This document shows positions 40,750-50,094 of a stretch of 54,332 nt of DNA, in pieces; the stretch's first letter is position 1; every line of letters begins with the position of its first letter. Below the pieces are notes generated by a model. It was given only the letters and a program-made list of their open reading frames with translations. It did not search any database and was not told the DNA's origin. Source of the DNA: Myxococcota bacterium. Its GTDB lineage: Bacteria > Myxococcota_A > Bradymonadia > UBA7976 > UBA1532. The translations under genes were made by a program, and so were the position numbers. The stretch lies in assembly GCA_036337435.1 (NCBI GenBank), contig JAYZEG010000005.1:1-54332 (forward strand). The letters run 5' to 3'.

Positions 40750-42356
40750 AGCGCCTCGATTGTCAGTGTATAGCTTGTACTGGTTCGGTTATATCCATAG
40801 ATCATCAAAATGGCTGCATCCTGATGTACGATTTCCTCCACGTCTCCAGTTCCATTTGATAGCAGAGCACGGCCATTCTCATCAAGAACGGGCTGCTGTG
40901 ACCGCTTGTCATACACCAGCATGTCAAGGTCTGCCTCCGAACTGTCGAATTCAAGTCGTGCACGCCACGGACCCGAAATTGTGAATCGGTAAAAATCCGG
41001 CTCGGCATCGCAAATGCCGCCTTCAAAAACACCCGGTTCAACGCGGGTTGCTTCTTGTGCCGTATTATTCGGTTCGCTGAGTTCCTCGTCGCCTTCTTCA
41101 CAATTGGACCGAAAAGGGGGTGGCGGTGGATCAGACCAGTCGGCCTCCGGATCCGCACAAATTAATTCGAAGGGCAGGTAATAATTGCTGCGGCCTTGGT
41201 CAGCGATAAGCCGCATATCCCGTTTGCGCAACACCCAGACCGATGGAAAGCCTGTCACTATGGCTTGTTGTTGCACGTACCCTGGGACGTCCATCAGGGT
41301 GCCATCCGCCGTGTAAATCTGCGTATCTAGTTCTCCTGAGCGGATACCCGGTCCCTGGTCGATTAAGCTTCCGATATGGCGGTATGCGAAGCGCGTTGTT
41401 GCCAGCTCATAGTTGGTGTCTTGTGCTTCGAGGTAGAGGATCTCTGCGCCCAGCTCAAGAAGGTCAAGTGCTCTTGGATTGAGGATATCCCTGGTCATTC
41501 TGGAACAGGGCGCGCACCAACCCGCGCCAAGCACAATGATCAACGTTTCTTTATCGGCGTAACGGGGGCTGCAGTGAAAGTGCCTCATACTGAAGTTAAT
41601 CTGTGTTCCATCAGGCAGATAAGATGCTTCCCAGAATAGATCGGGAAAGACCTCGTTGAATGCAATCTGTCCGTTATTAGCCGGATATTGGCAATCGATT
41701 CCCTCGATATTGACGGTGACCATCTGAGTCCCATACTGCCCCACGATTTGGGTCGTCCCGACACCGATGATCGTCGCCGTGTTTCCGTCCATCGTGACGA
41801 TGGATTCGTCTGCGGAACTCCAAGTCATTGACTCGCTGATATCGGCAACGTCGTCGCCGAGCATTTCTTGCACGCTGACTGTGACCGAGTCGCCGGGTAG
41901 ACCAGCGAATTGGTTTGGTTCAGCAGTCAACAATCCTGGTTGGGGCGTAATCTCAACGCCCACAGGATCGCTTGTCAGACCATCATAGCTTGCAGTGACG
42001 GTGACTTGTCCCGGCGATATCCCGTCCAGCATACCCGCCTGCATGCTGTTAAAGCGCGCAACGCTCTCGTCTGATGAAGTCCAAATGGCACTCGATGTCA
42101 CGTCTTCTGTTTGTCCATTCTCGTAGACCAACGTTGCGGTCAGTTGCTGACTTGAGTCCGCTGTAAATGAGCCCTCCTCGAGGGCCACGATAATGCTCTC
42201 AGGTTGGCCTTGAGTTGTTGCGTCAGTGTCGGCGACCGGTCCGGCGTCCACATCTGAGACAACGATGTCCTGTCCATCACTTTCATCATTTGAACCACAC
42301 CCTGACGCCGCGAAGCACATAAGAAAGGCAAGCGTTTTGTATCGGTAAGCAGCCAT
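40746..42356 (-). CDS. Lipoprotein: two Big_2 Ig-like domains, thioredoxin-fold domain (WCAPC), PPC-like C-terminal domain
   Basis: Lipobox ASGC, WTSSDESVA and WSSADESIV Big_2 motifs, GAGWCAPC, EPNN...A / D.Y.F / DLDM PPC motifs. Confidence 0.8.
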   Translation of the reverse strand: MAAYRYKTLAFLMCFAASGCGSNDESDGQDIVVSDVDAGPVADTDATTQGQPESIIVALEEGSFTADSSQQLTATLVYENGQTEDVTSSAIWTSSDESVARFNSMQAGMLDGISPGQVTVTASYDGLTSDPVGVEITPQPGLLTAEPNQFAGLPGDSVTVSVQEMLGDDVADISESMTWSSADESIVTMDGNTATIIGVGTTQIVGQYGTQMVTVNIEGIDCQYPANNGQIAFNEVFPDLFWEASYLPDGTQINFSMRHFHCSPRYADKETLIIVLGAGWCAPCSRMTRDILNPRALDLLELGAEILYLEAQDTNYELATTRFAYRHIGSLIDQGPGIRSGELDTQIYTADGTLMDVPGYVQQQAIVTGFPSVWVLRKRDMRLIADQGRSNYYLPFELICADPEADWSDPPPPPFRSNCEEGDEELSEPNNTAQEATRVEPGVFEGGICDAEPDFYRFTISGPWRARLEFDSSEADLDMLVYDKRSQQPVLDENGRALLSNGTGDVEEIVHQDAAILMIYGYNRTSTSYTLTIEAL

Positions 42357-42613
42357 ATTATCCCCGTTGCTATAAACTGAATTCCCGGAGGACAGTGTAA
42401 TGCAAACGGACCGTCCCCGCTAGACTAGGACGCATAACCGTCCGTGCTAATGTAGTCTCATTCCCACATAGGCCCCAGAATTGAAGGGGTTCCGACGCAC
42501 CTTGAGACCCTTTGTATCTCTTGCCTACCGTCTTTATTTTAGTTTTACAGGGGGCGTGATGCTCATGCTTGAGATATAAAAAAATAAATAAATCTGGTTT
42601 CGGAGCACATCTA

Positions 42614-43102
42614 GTGAGCCTTTTTGACCTTAAATTCGAAGCGAACGGTGAGCGCTTAATGAGCTTTTGGAGAAAAGCTCAAACCATCCCTGGTGGACGT
42701 CGGATCTTCAGTCGTTTAGCAGGGCGAATGGCCCCGTACACGGGGACTATAAAGGCTCTGGTTGAGGAGCTTTCGCCGGGCTATGCACGATTGACGATGG
42801 CCGATCGGAAGGCGATTCGAAATCACCTCGAGAGTGTTCATGCGATTGCCCTTGTCAACTTTATTGAGAAAACAACGGGTATGGCCATGGTGTCTCAATT
42901 TCCCTCGGGTATGCGTGGTATCGTCACTCATATTGAGGTCGATTTTGTGAAGAAGGCGAGGGGACTTTTGTCGGCGGAATGCCGTGCGCCGACGCTGAAG
43001 TCGGCGAGTCGAGAACAATACATCGTCAGCACAAATGTCACCGATGCTGAAGGCCATATAGTCGCACATGGCCGAGCAACCTGGTTAGTAGGGCCAACCT
43101 AA
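42614..43102 (+). CDS. Hotdog-fold thioesterase (DUF4442/PaaI-like)
   Basis: APYTGTI, NHLESVHAIAL and F.KKARG motifs. GGAG RBS before GTG 42614. Confidence 0.82.
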   Translation: MSLFDLKFEANGERLMSFWRKAQTIPGGRRIFSRLAGRMAPYTGTIKALVEELSPGYARLTMADRKAIRNHLESVHAIALVNFIEKTTGMAMVSQFPSGMRGIVTHIEVDFVKKARGLLSAECRAPTLKSASREQYIVSTNVTDAEGHIVAHGRATWLVGPT

Positions 43103-43145
43103 AGTGGACCAGGTGATTGTCCTTTATCCAGCAGGTAAGGCTTTT

Positions 43146-43931
43146 TCAATCAAGTTTGAAGAGCCGCTTGGTATTTGCTCGGGTTATCCGGGCTAGTTCA
43201 TCGAGTTCGACATCCACTGCAGCAGCGATGATTTTGGCGATGTGGGGAAGAAACATGGGCTCGTTACGGCGCGATTTCGGTTTAGGGGATAAGTCACGGG
43301 GAATCAAATACGGGGCGTCGGTTTCGATCAGCAAACGGTCCAGCGGGATGTGCGGTAGAAGCTCTCGGAGTTGAAGCCCTCGTCGTTCATCGCACACCCA
43401 ACCGGTGATGCCGATGAACATCCCCATATCGAGGTAGGCATCGAGTTGATCTGCCGTCCCGGTGAAGCAATGAACGACACCACCAACGACCTGATCAGCC
43501 ATTGGACTCAAGATCTCCATGAATGCATCGTGCGCATCGCGCTGGTGCAAGAAAAGCGGGAGGCGTGTCTCAATCGCCAGTTGAACCAACTCCGAAAAAC
43601 AGCGTTGCTGAGCATCTCTCGGTGAGAAGTCCCGATTAAAATCGAGCCCACATTCACCAACGGCGACAGTTTCTGGGGCCGAACACAGGTCTCTTAGTTG
43701 ATCCAGACTGTGTTCATCGAATGACTTGGCATCATGAGGATGAATCCCCGCTGTCGCGCTCAAACGACCGGGGTAGGCACGCGCGTGGAGCACTGCTTGC
43801 TCGCTCTCCTCAATGCTGGTGCCCGTCACAATCATATGTTGGACGCCCGCACCAAAAGCCCGAGACAGGACATCCTGGCGATCCCTGTCGAACTGTGAGC
43901 TTGTTAGGTTGAGGCCGATGTCGATGAACAC
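43146..43931 (-). CDS. tatD: TatD family nuclease
   Basis: IDIGLNL, TAGIHPH, GECGLD, LHQRDA, HCFTG, ETDAPYL and RNEP motifs. Confidence 0.95.
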   Translation of the reverse strand: MFIDIGLNLTSSQFDRDRQDVLSRAFGAGVQHMIVTGTSIEESEQAVLHARAYPGRLSATAGIHPHDAKSFDEHSLDQLRDLCSAPETVAVGECGLDFNRDFSPRDAQQRCFSELVQLAIETRLPLFLHQRDAHDAFMEILSPMADQVVGGVVHCFTGTADQLDAYLDMGMFIGITGWVCDERRGLQLRELLPHIPLDRLLIETDAPYLIPRDLSPKPKSRRNEPMFLPHIAKIIAAAVDVELDELARITRANTKRLFKLD

Positions 43932-44155
43932 TGTAAAGACTCTCTCGGTGCATTAAATGGATGTTGCTCTAGAGTCAAGATGTCAGGTAAAGGCACTGAC
44001 ATCTGTTCATCAGTATGAAAATCTGATCGATATTTACAAGCTCAATCGGCATATCGCGCCGTCAGGATTTGGTTTTCTCGTCATGCTCATCGAGATAATT
44101 TTGCATTCGATGTCTTTTGAATGGTCAAAACGTCTGAGATACAACCCCACCCCGA

Positions 44156-45724
44156 TTATACATCGGCAACCAATTCCGTCGACCACAGTTCTCGTCCATC
44201 TTGGCCATGCAGAGAGACTGTCAGACGCTTGGTTTTTGGGTCCACTTGTCCTAGACCGTAAAACTGATGCCCCGACAGCGGTGAAGTGCCGGGCCTGAGG
44301 TGATTGGGGATCGATTGGAAAACTTGTTTTGGACCGAAGGTCGGATCCAACGGATTGGGGCCAAAATTTCCCGCATTCAATGGGCCGGCTAAGAATTCCC
44401 AAAAAGGGTTAAAGTCCTTAAAGCTTGAGCGTTTAGGGTCGTAATGATGTGCGGCTGCGTAATGGACATCCGCAGTCACGAAGACAATGTTTTTGATGTC
44501 ATTACGCTTGATGAAGCTCAGCAGTTTGGCAATCTCCAACTCACGACCCCTGGGCCGACCGGCCAATCCATTCCCAGCACCCTCGAAAGTACCACCCCGA
44601 TGGTTTATCAGGGCACTGAGTGGTTGCGGACAGACCACAACTTTCCAAATGGATTTGGACTCAGCGAGACCACGGCATAGCCAAGCCAATTGTTCAAGGC
44701 CGTAGAAGGCTGACTTTGGTCCAATCTGCTCTTCCCGGTTTCGGCCGTTTTTGCCTCGGTAACTTCTGGAGTCAACGACGAAAATATCCAAATTTGGCCC
44801 TTGGTTTAATCGCCTATAAATCCGACCTGGAGCCTCCGCACGATGGGCCATTGGGCAGTACTCGAAAAATGCGGCGCGCGCTCGTGCTGATAGCAGGTCG
44901 CAGCTTTTTTCCGAATACCGTCCATCCGAGAGTCGACGACCTGGCCACCAATTGTTCTTGGTTTCATGATCATCCCAAGTATAGACGGTTGGAAGTGTTT
45001 CATTCATATGCCTGAGGTTATGATCCAGCAGGTTGTAGCGAAAATTTGCCCGGAATTCAGACAATGTTTCCGCAACCTTTCGCTTCTCTGGGATCACCAG
45101 ATTATGCCATATCATCTTCGACTCGACGGTCTTTTTAGGTCTCAGGGGGGCGTCGGCATAGATGACATCACCACAGTGGAGGAAAACATCAGGATACGAT
45201 TGCCGAATCGCTTCAAAGATGGTCATGCCTCCGATCTTTGGATTGATCCCATAGCCTTGACCACCGACATCGCCTGACCAGGCAAAACGGGAGGGCCATT
45301 GGCCCGTCAAGTCGGGGGTTCTCAGTCGACCCATTTTGGGGGCTGACTGTGCGTGGGTCGCGAGATCTTCAAAGACAACGCGATAAAAGACTTCTTGGCC
45401 GGGTGGAAGTTGCTTGAGGCCCAATTTAGCTGTGAAATCGGTTTTCTTTAAAGCGAGGGGACCACGCACACGATGGGTGCTTCGAAAGTCTCGATATGTA
45501 GACCATTCGACCCACATTTGGCATGGGCGGTCAGTCCGACTCCAGACCATTGTTCCAGATGTGGACACGTCACCCGTAGCGATTCCTTGTTCCACTTGTG
45601 GACGCCGGTGGTCTCGAGTGATGATTGCCGGCGCAGTGAAGGGAATAAACAATGCAGATGACGCAGACCCAGCCAGAAAAGCTCGCCGCGATAGCGGTTT
45701 GTTAGTGCCCTCGGGATCAATCAC
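44156..45724 (-). CDS. phoD: Alkaline phosphatase D family protein, Tat-exported
   Basis: SRRAFL Tat motif, GDVIYAD, WDDHE, DSRSYR and TADVHY. Confidence 0.92.
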   Translation of the reverse strand: MIDPEGTNKPLSRRAFLAGSASSALFIPFTAPAIITRDHRRPQVEQGIATGDVSTSGTMVWSRTDRPCQMWVEWSTYRDFRSTHRVRGPLALKKTDFTAKLGLKQLPPGQEVFYRVVFEDLATHAQSAPKMGRLRTPDLTGQWPSRFAWSGDVGGQGYGINPKIGGMTIFEAIRQSYPDVFLHCGDVIYADAPLRPKKTVESKMIWHNLVIPEKRKVAETLSEFRANFRYNLLDHNLRHMNETLPTVYTWDDHETKNNWWPGRRLSDGRYSEKSCDLLSARARAAFFEYCPMAHRAEAPGRIYRRLNQGPNLDIFVVDSRSYRGKNGRNREEQIGPKSAFYGLEQLAWLCRGLAESKSIWKVVVCPQPLSALINHRGGTFEGAGNGLAGRPRGRELEIAKLLSFIKRNDIKNIVFVTADVHYAAAHHYDPKRSSFKDFNPFWEFLAGPLNAGNFGPNPLDPTFGPKQVFQSIPNHLRPGTSPLSGHQFYGLGQVDPKTKRLTVSLHGQDGRELWSTELVADV

Positions 45725-45730
45725 TTGCCG

Positions 45731-46810
45731 CTACCAGTAAAGCAGTAAGAGGCCCGATGACGTCGAGATGATGGAACCGACATAGAGCAAATCAGCCGTG
45801 ATTTGGCTGCTCCGAAATGTGTCAACGGCAGTGCGGTATGCCCTTAGGTCAGACTCACTGCCGCTTGTTGTCGCTAAGTCGCGAGCTTCATTCCGGTGGG
45901 ACAGGGCTCTAATGCCGAAATAGCCTCCTAGACCTGCCATCGCTACGCCAGTGCCAACCAAAACCCATCCAGGCCATTGGGGCTTCTCTCTGAGTTGAAT
46001 CCCTTCATTGGGGACCAAGGTAATGGTCTTTTCCAAGTGAGTGCCTTCGGCGAGTGCCACACTCAAAACTTGAGTCACATGACCGGCCAGTTTGATTTCC
46101 ACATTGTAAGCACCAACATCGACGGGCATACGTCGAACTGGACTCACGCCAGCGACTTGCCCGTTGAGCGTGATCTCCGCACCAGCAGGCAGTGATGTAA
46201 TCGTGAGCAATGCACCCACACTGTTGGGGATTAACTCGGCGTCAAGACTATAGCTCTTGGCTGGTTTTGCAATCACAGAGCGGGAGTAGGGTCTGTAACC
46301 ATTTAGCTCCATGTCCAACTGTCGGCGGCCGGGTGTGACTTCGCCAGTCCATGGGGTTTCACCCATAATTTCCCCATCGATTCTTAAAATGGCGCCAGTT
46401 GGAATCGATGATATCTTCAGCTTGGGCCGAGCCAATTGTGGCTCGACACGCTCGATGCAGCGCATCGCCGCCTTTCTGGCTTGGCTATTGGGTGGACTTG
46501 CAGACAATGCGATCTTGCAATGGAGGAGTGCATCAGCGAAGCGCCCTAACTTCTCGTAACAGCGTCCTATGTTTATGTCGAGAATTGGATCGGGCTGCCG
46601 TTTGTTTGCCTCTTTGAAGGCGCTAATGGCCTCAAGATACTGACCGGCCTTGTACGCTTTTGCAGCACTCTGGGCAAAGTCAACAGCACTTTTCGCATAG
46701 GCTCTATCGCCCATCAAAGGCATGAATAGAGTGGTTAGTAGTAGTGCGAGCAGCAGATGCATAATGACCTTTCCAATAGGCTCGGAAGGCATAACATATT
46801 TTCTTGGCAA
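45731..46810 (-). CDS. TPR and PEGA domain protein with C-terminal hydrophobic helices
   Basis: TPR-like helices (Y.EA..AF..A, NIGRCYEKLG) and two S.P.GA....G...G..P PEGA modules. True start may be 46792 or 46762. Confidence 0.85.
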   Translation of the reverse strand: MPRKYVMPSEPIGKVIMHLLLALLLTTLFMPLMGDRAYAKSAVDFAQSAAKAYKAGQYLEAISAFKEANKRQPDPILDINIGRCYEKLGRFADALLHCKIALSASPPNSQARKAAMRCIERVEPQLARPKLKISSIPTGAILRIDGEIMGETPWTGEVTPGRRQLDMELNGYRPYSRSVIAKPAKSYSLDAELIPNSVGALLTITSLPAGAEITLNGQVAGVSPVRRMPVDVGAYNVEIKLAGHVTQVLSVALAEGTHLEKTITLVPNEGIQLREKPQWPGWVLVGTGVAMAGLGGYFGIRALSHRNEARDLATTSGSESDLRAYRTAVDTFRSSQITADLLYVGSIISTSSGLLLLYW

Positions 46811-46830
46811 TTTCCTATTTGTCTCTTGGG

Positions 46831-48195
46831 CTATTCGATTAAACTGAAGTTTGCCTTTAGCTTAATCCGGTATGTTCGATTCTCTTGGAATTTGACGTTC
46901 AACGTTCGCCTCTTGAAGCCCTTTTTAGTGAGTGTGAATCGTTCTGCTTCACTGCCTTTCGGGCGTTCGATTGTCAGCGGCGTGACCCCCACTTTCTTGC
47001 CCTTTTGGCTCACTCGAGCACCACCTGGCGAACTGACAATACGAATCTTCAATGTGACAGGTTCAAGTAATTTCACATCCGGCTGGCCCGCATCGATTGT
47101 CTTGATCCGCTGCGGGTCCGTCGCATTCGTGTTTGCGCCGCCTGAATCGACCGTTTTCTCAGAGATGGCTTTGTCGGCTTGTCCCTCTTTACTGACGTTG
47201 TTCGTTTGGTACACGAAAATGACGGCGGCCAGGACAATGGCGGCCAAAACGACGTATCCCGCTGAACCTTGACTTGCCGTTGGCGCCGCTTGAGGAACAA
47301 GCAGCGCTTTCCTGAGCTCATCCCCGGAGCTGAACCGATCGTCAGCATCTTTTTCCAGCAGCTTGTGAATGATGTCAGCTAAGGCCTTATCTGTTTGGTG
47401 GTTCAGACTGCGGAGCGGTGGGGCGGGGGTATGGGCTTGTTGATACAAAATCGACATGGGCGTTGGTCCATCAAATGGAACCCGACCGGTCAAGCATTGA
47501 TAACCAACGACCCCAAGTGCGTAGAGGTCCGCGCGACCGTCAACAGCCTTGTCGGAAATCACCTCCGGTGGCATGTATTTCGGAGTTCCCGTGGTCGAAG
47601 ATGCCAATTCCGCTGTATCCGTGGATGATTTCACGATGCCCAAATCCATGAGCGTGATAAACCCATCGGGACCGACGATCATATTCGCAGGTTTGACGTC
47701 GCGATGAACAAGGTCATTCTTGTGCAGTGTTGTTAGCGCTTCACTGATAGTCACCATAATGTCGACGACCATTTGGTCGGTCAATGGCCCATCTTCTTCG
47801 ATCACTTGGGACAATGGTCGACCTTCGATGAAGCGCATGACCATGTAGTAGACGCCTTGCTCTTGTCCGACTGCGTAAACCGGCACCAAGGCAGGGTGTT
47901 CGACACTGGCTAACGCGCGGGCTTCGTGCATAAAACGTGCGAGGACGCCCGCATCAGTTCTGCTCGACAGCATAGCCTTTATGGCGACAGGTCTGCTGAG
48001 AGTCAGGTCAATCCCACGATAGACAACCCCCATGCCACCACGGCCAACTTCCGCATCGATTCGGTACCGTCCTTCGAGGACCGTGTCGGTTGAGAATGGG
48101 CTGATATCGGTTTCGCGCTCATAACCACAATTCTGGCATTGATTGACGCCTTCTACCGATGGCGTTCCGCATGATGGGCAATGCTCTTTGCTCAT
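46831..48195 (-). CDS. Membrane Ser/Thr protein kinase with N-terminal zinc ribbon and C-terminal PEGA domain
   Basis: CPSC..CQNC, GRGGMG, VAIK, HRDVKPAN, DLG, GTPKY, TM helix, then PEGA module. Start inferred at ATG 48195. Confidence 0.92.
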   Translation of the reverse strand: MSKEHCPSCGTPSVEGVNQCQNCGYERETDISPFSTDTVLEGRYRIDAEVGRGGMGVVYRGIDLTLSRPVAIKAMLSSRTDAGVLARFMHEARALASVEHPALVPVYAVGQEQGVYYMVMRFIEGRPLSQVIEEDGPLTDQMVVDIMVTISEALTTLHKNDLVHRDVKPANMIVGPDGFITLMDLGIVKSSTDTAELASSTTGTPKYMPPEVISDKAVDGRADLYALGVVGYQCLTGRVPFDGPTPMSILYQQAHTPAPPLRSLNHQTDKALADIIHKLLEKDADDRFSSGDELRKALLVPQAAPTASQGSAGYVVLAAIVLAAVIFVYQTNNVSKEGQADKAISEKTVDSGGANTNATDPQRIKTIDAGQPDVKLLEPVTLKIRIVSSPGGARVSQKGKKVGVTPLTIERPKGSEAERFTLTKKGFKRRTLNVKFQENRTYRIKLKANFSLIE

Positions 48196-48271
48196 GACCT
48201 CTTCCAATAATTGCAGTGTTGATCGTATACTCCTGGCAGCCGCATTAGACCGGAATTTCACTCGACTTACA

Positions 48272-49354
48272 ATGACCGGAAATCAATTAGAAACTTGCCT
48301 GCACTGCAGTGCTGTCCTTCATCCCGATGAGCGTATTTGTCCCAGCTGTGGGCAAGCGGTCGTCGCGCCGGATGAGCCACCGGAAGCCTGGATCGGTCGC
48401 AACCTCGATGGCAAATACGTTATCGAGGCGGTCTTGGGCGTTGGCGGTATGGGTATGGTCTTTTCGGCCACCCGAGACTTTGTTGGGGACAAAGTCGCGC
48501 TCAAGGTTCTCTATCCTAGGTTGCTTGAAAGCCCACTGCAGAGAGCACTATTCAGAGACGAAGCGATCGCATCCGCCCGCTTGTCGCATCCCAACGTCGT
48601 GACCATTTTTGATACAGGCTTTTCCGAATCTGAGGGCGTGGCTTACATTGCGATGGAGCTCTTGCAGGGCCAAACTCTGAAGGATCTGCTCCGAGAACAG
48701 GCCCCCATGCCGCCCGAAGATTTAATTCCCTTGATTTGTCAAGCGTGCGACGGACTGACAGCTGCTCACGATGCGAAAATCATTCATCGAGATCTGAAAC
48801 CGGATAATATTTTTTTGGAGCAACTCTCATCGGGTCATTTTAGGGTCAAGTTGGTCGACTTTGGGATCGCGGCGATGCTGGATGTCGATCGCAGCGGTGA
48901 ACGCCGACAACGACTTGGTACGCTACGGTACATGTCTCCTGAGCAATGTCGAGGCCAGGTCGTCGATGCTCGTGCGGATATTTATGCACTGGGCGTTGTC
49001 TTGTACGAAGGGTTGACCCGGCGTCGTGTTACGGGCAAGTCGGTCACAGCTGTTATCAATGAAATTCCCGCCATTCCAAACATGCTGCTGGCGCCAGAAC
49101 AGCAACTCCCGACACCTTTGGAAGACATCGTGCTTCGAATGCTTTCCAAAGACCCAGCTGGCCGACCAGAGAGCGCATTTTTGGTCCGTGATGAACTCCA
49201 AGAAAGTTTGATTAAAGCTCCAATCCTGTCCCGTCCCGTTGCACCAAGAACCCGCCGCTTGACAACTCCAAAGGCTGAAGAGACACCCATATCGTGGAAA
49301 CTTGCAGTGGGCATCAGCTTGGTTATCGGGTCCGTTTGGGGATTTTTACTATGA
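48272..49354 (+). CDS. Ser/Thr protein kinase with N-terminal zinc ribbon and C-terminal membrane anchor
   Basis: CLHC..CPSC, GVGGMG, VALK, HRDLKPDN, DFG, GTLRYMSPE. Start inferred at ATG 48272. Confidence 0.92.
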   Translation: MTGNQLETCLHCSAVLHPDERICPSCGQAVVAPDEPPEAWIGRNLDGKYVIEAVLGVGGMGMVFSATRDFVGDKVALKVLYPRLLESPLQRALFRDEAIASARLSHPNVVTIFDTGFSESEGVAYIAMELLQGQTLKDLLREQAPMPPEDLIPLICQACDGLTAAHDAKIIHRDLKPDNIFLEQLSSGHFRVKLVDFGIAAMLDVDRSGERRQRLGTLRYMSPEQCRGQVVDARADIYALGVVLYEGLTRRRVTGKSVTAVINEIPAIPNMLLAPEQQLPTPLEDIVLRMLSKDPAGRPESAFLVRDELQESLIKAPILSRPVAPRTRRLTTPKAEETPISWKLAVGISLVIGSVWGFLL

Positions 49355-50094
49355 CTCATGTCCGCCAAGATTGTGTCTTTATCCTCTGTCGACCGGCTGA
49401 CGTGAGAAATGTTGGGGGGGCGATTCGTGCCGTTGCTAATGCGGGAATAGGGGCCATTCGAGTCGTTACGCAACAGGCCTTCGATGCGAGAGATTTATTG
49501 TGTTATTCGAGCGGAGCGACCGATATTTACGATCTAGATGTTTATTCGTCTCTGGGCGACGCGATTGCCGATTGTAATCTCATTATTGGGAGTAGCCGTC
49601 GTCTCCGTGATGCGGATGCACCTCCTGAATGGCCAGCTGCTGGTTTGGCTCGCCGGGTTTCAGGTGCTGGTAAAACCGCTGTTCTCTTTGGCTGCGAACG
49701 GACGGGGCTGACTCGAGACGAACTGTCCCACTGTTCTGCGGTCGTCACGATTCCCACCATGCAGAATTTTCCATCGATGAACTTGGCGCATGCCGTTGCG
49801 TGTCTCAGTTACGAACTCGCACGCCCAGAGTCCGATACAGTCGGGCCTCAGGTTGTCGAGGATTCACCGAAACTCGCCGCGGCGGCTCGGGACGCTTTCT
49901 ATAGTCGAGTGTTGGAAATCTGTTCTGAATTGAAATACCCCCATGGCCGAAGCAGCGATGCCTTCGTGAGGCGGCTTCGCAAAGTGCTCCATCGAGCAAA
50001 CTTAAACCAACAAGAACTTAGCATGTTTGGAGGGCTGTTCAGTGAATTGGAAAGGGTTTCGAAATTGGCAAATATCCCATCGGACTCCGACTAA
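49351..50094 (+). CDS. trmJ: SPOUT RNA methyltransferase, TrmJ/LasT family
   Basis: NVGGAIRA, LFGCERTGL and PSMNLAHAV motifs. ATGA overlap with the kinase stop. Confidence 0.8.
   Translation: MTHVRQDCVFILCRPADVRNVGGAIRAVANAGIGAIRVVTQQAFDARDLLCYSSGATDIYDLDVYSSLGDAIADCNLIIGSSRRLRDADAPPEWPAAGLARRVSGAGKTAVLFGCERTGLTRDELSHCSAVVTIPTMQNFPSMNLAHAVACLSYELARPESDTVGPQVVEDSPKLAAAARDAFYSRVLEICSELKYPHGRSSDAFVRRLRKVLHRANLNQQELSMFGGLFSELERVSKLANIPSDSD

Noticed and set aside
38406..42356. Selenocysteine (CxxU) recoding in the thioredoxin-fold genes
   Set aside because: All WCxxC motifs use Cys codons within uninterrupted ORFs.
48143..48271. Apparent head-to-head overlap of the two kinase ORFs
   Set aside because: An artefact of longest-ORF calling. 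The starts just before the zinc ribbons (48195 and 48272) leave a 76-bp gap.
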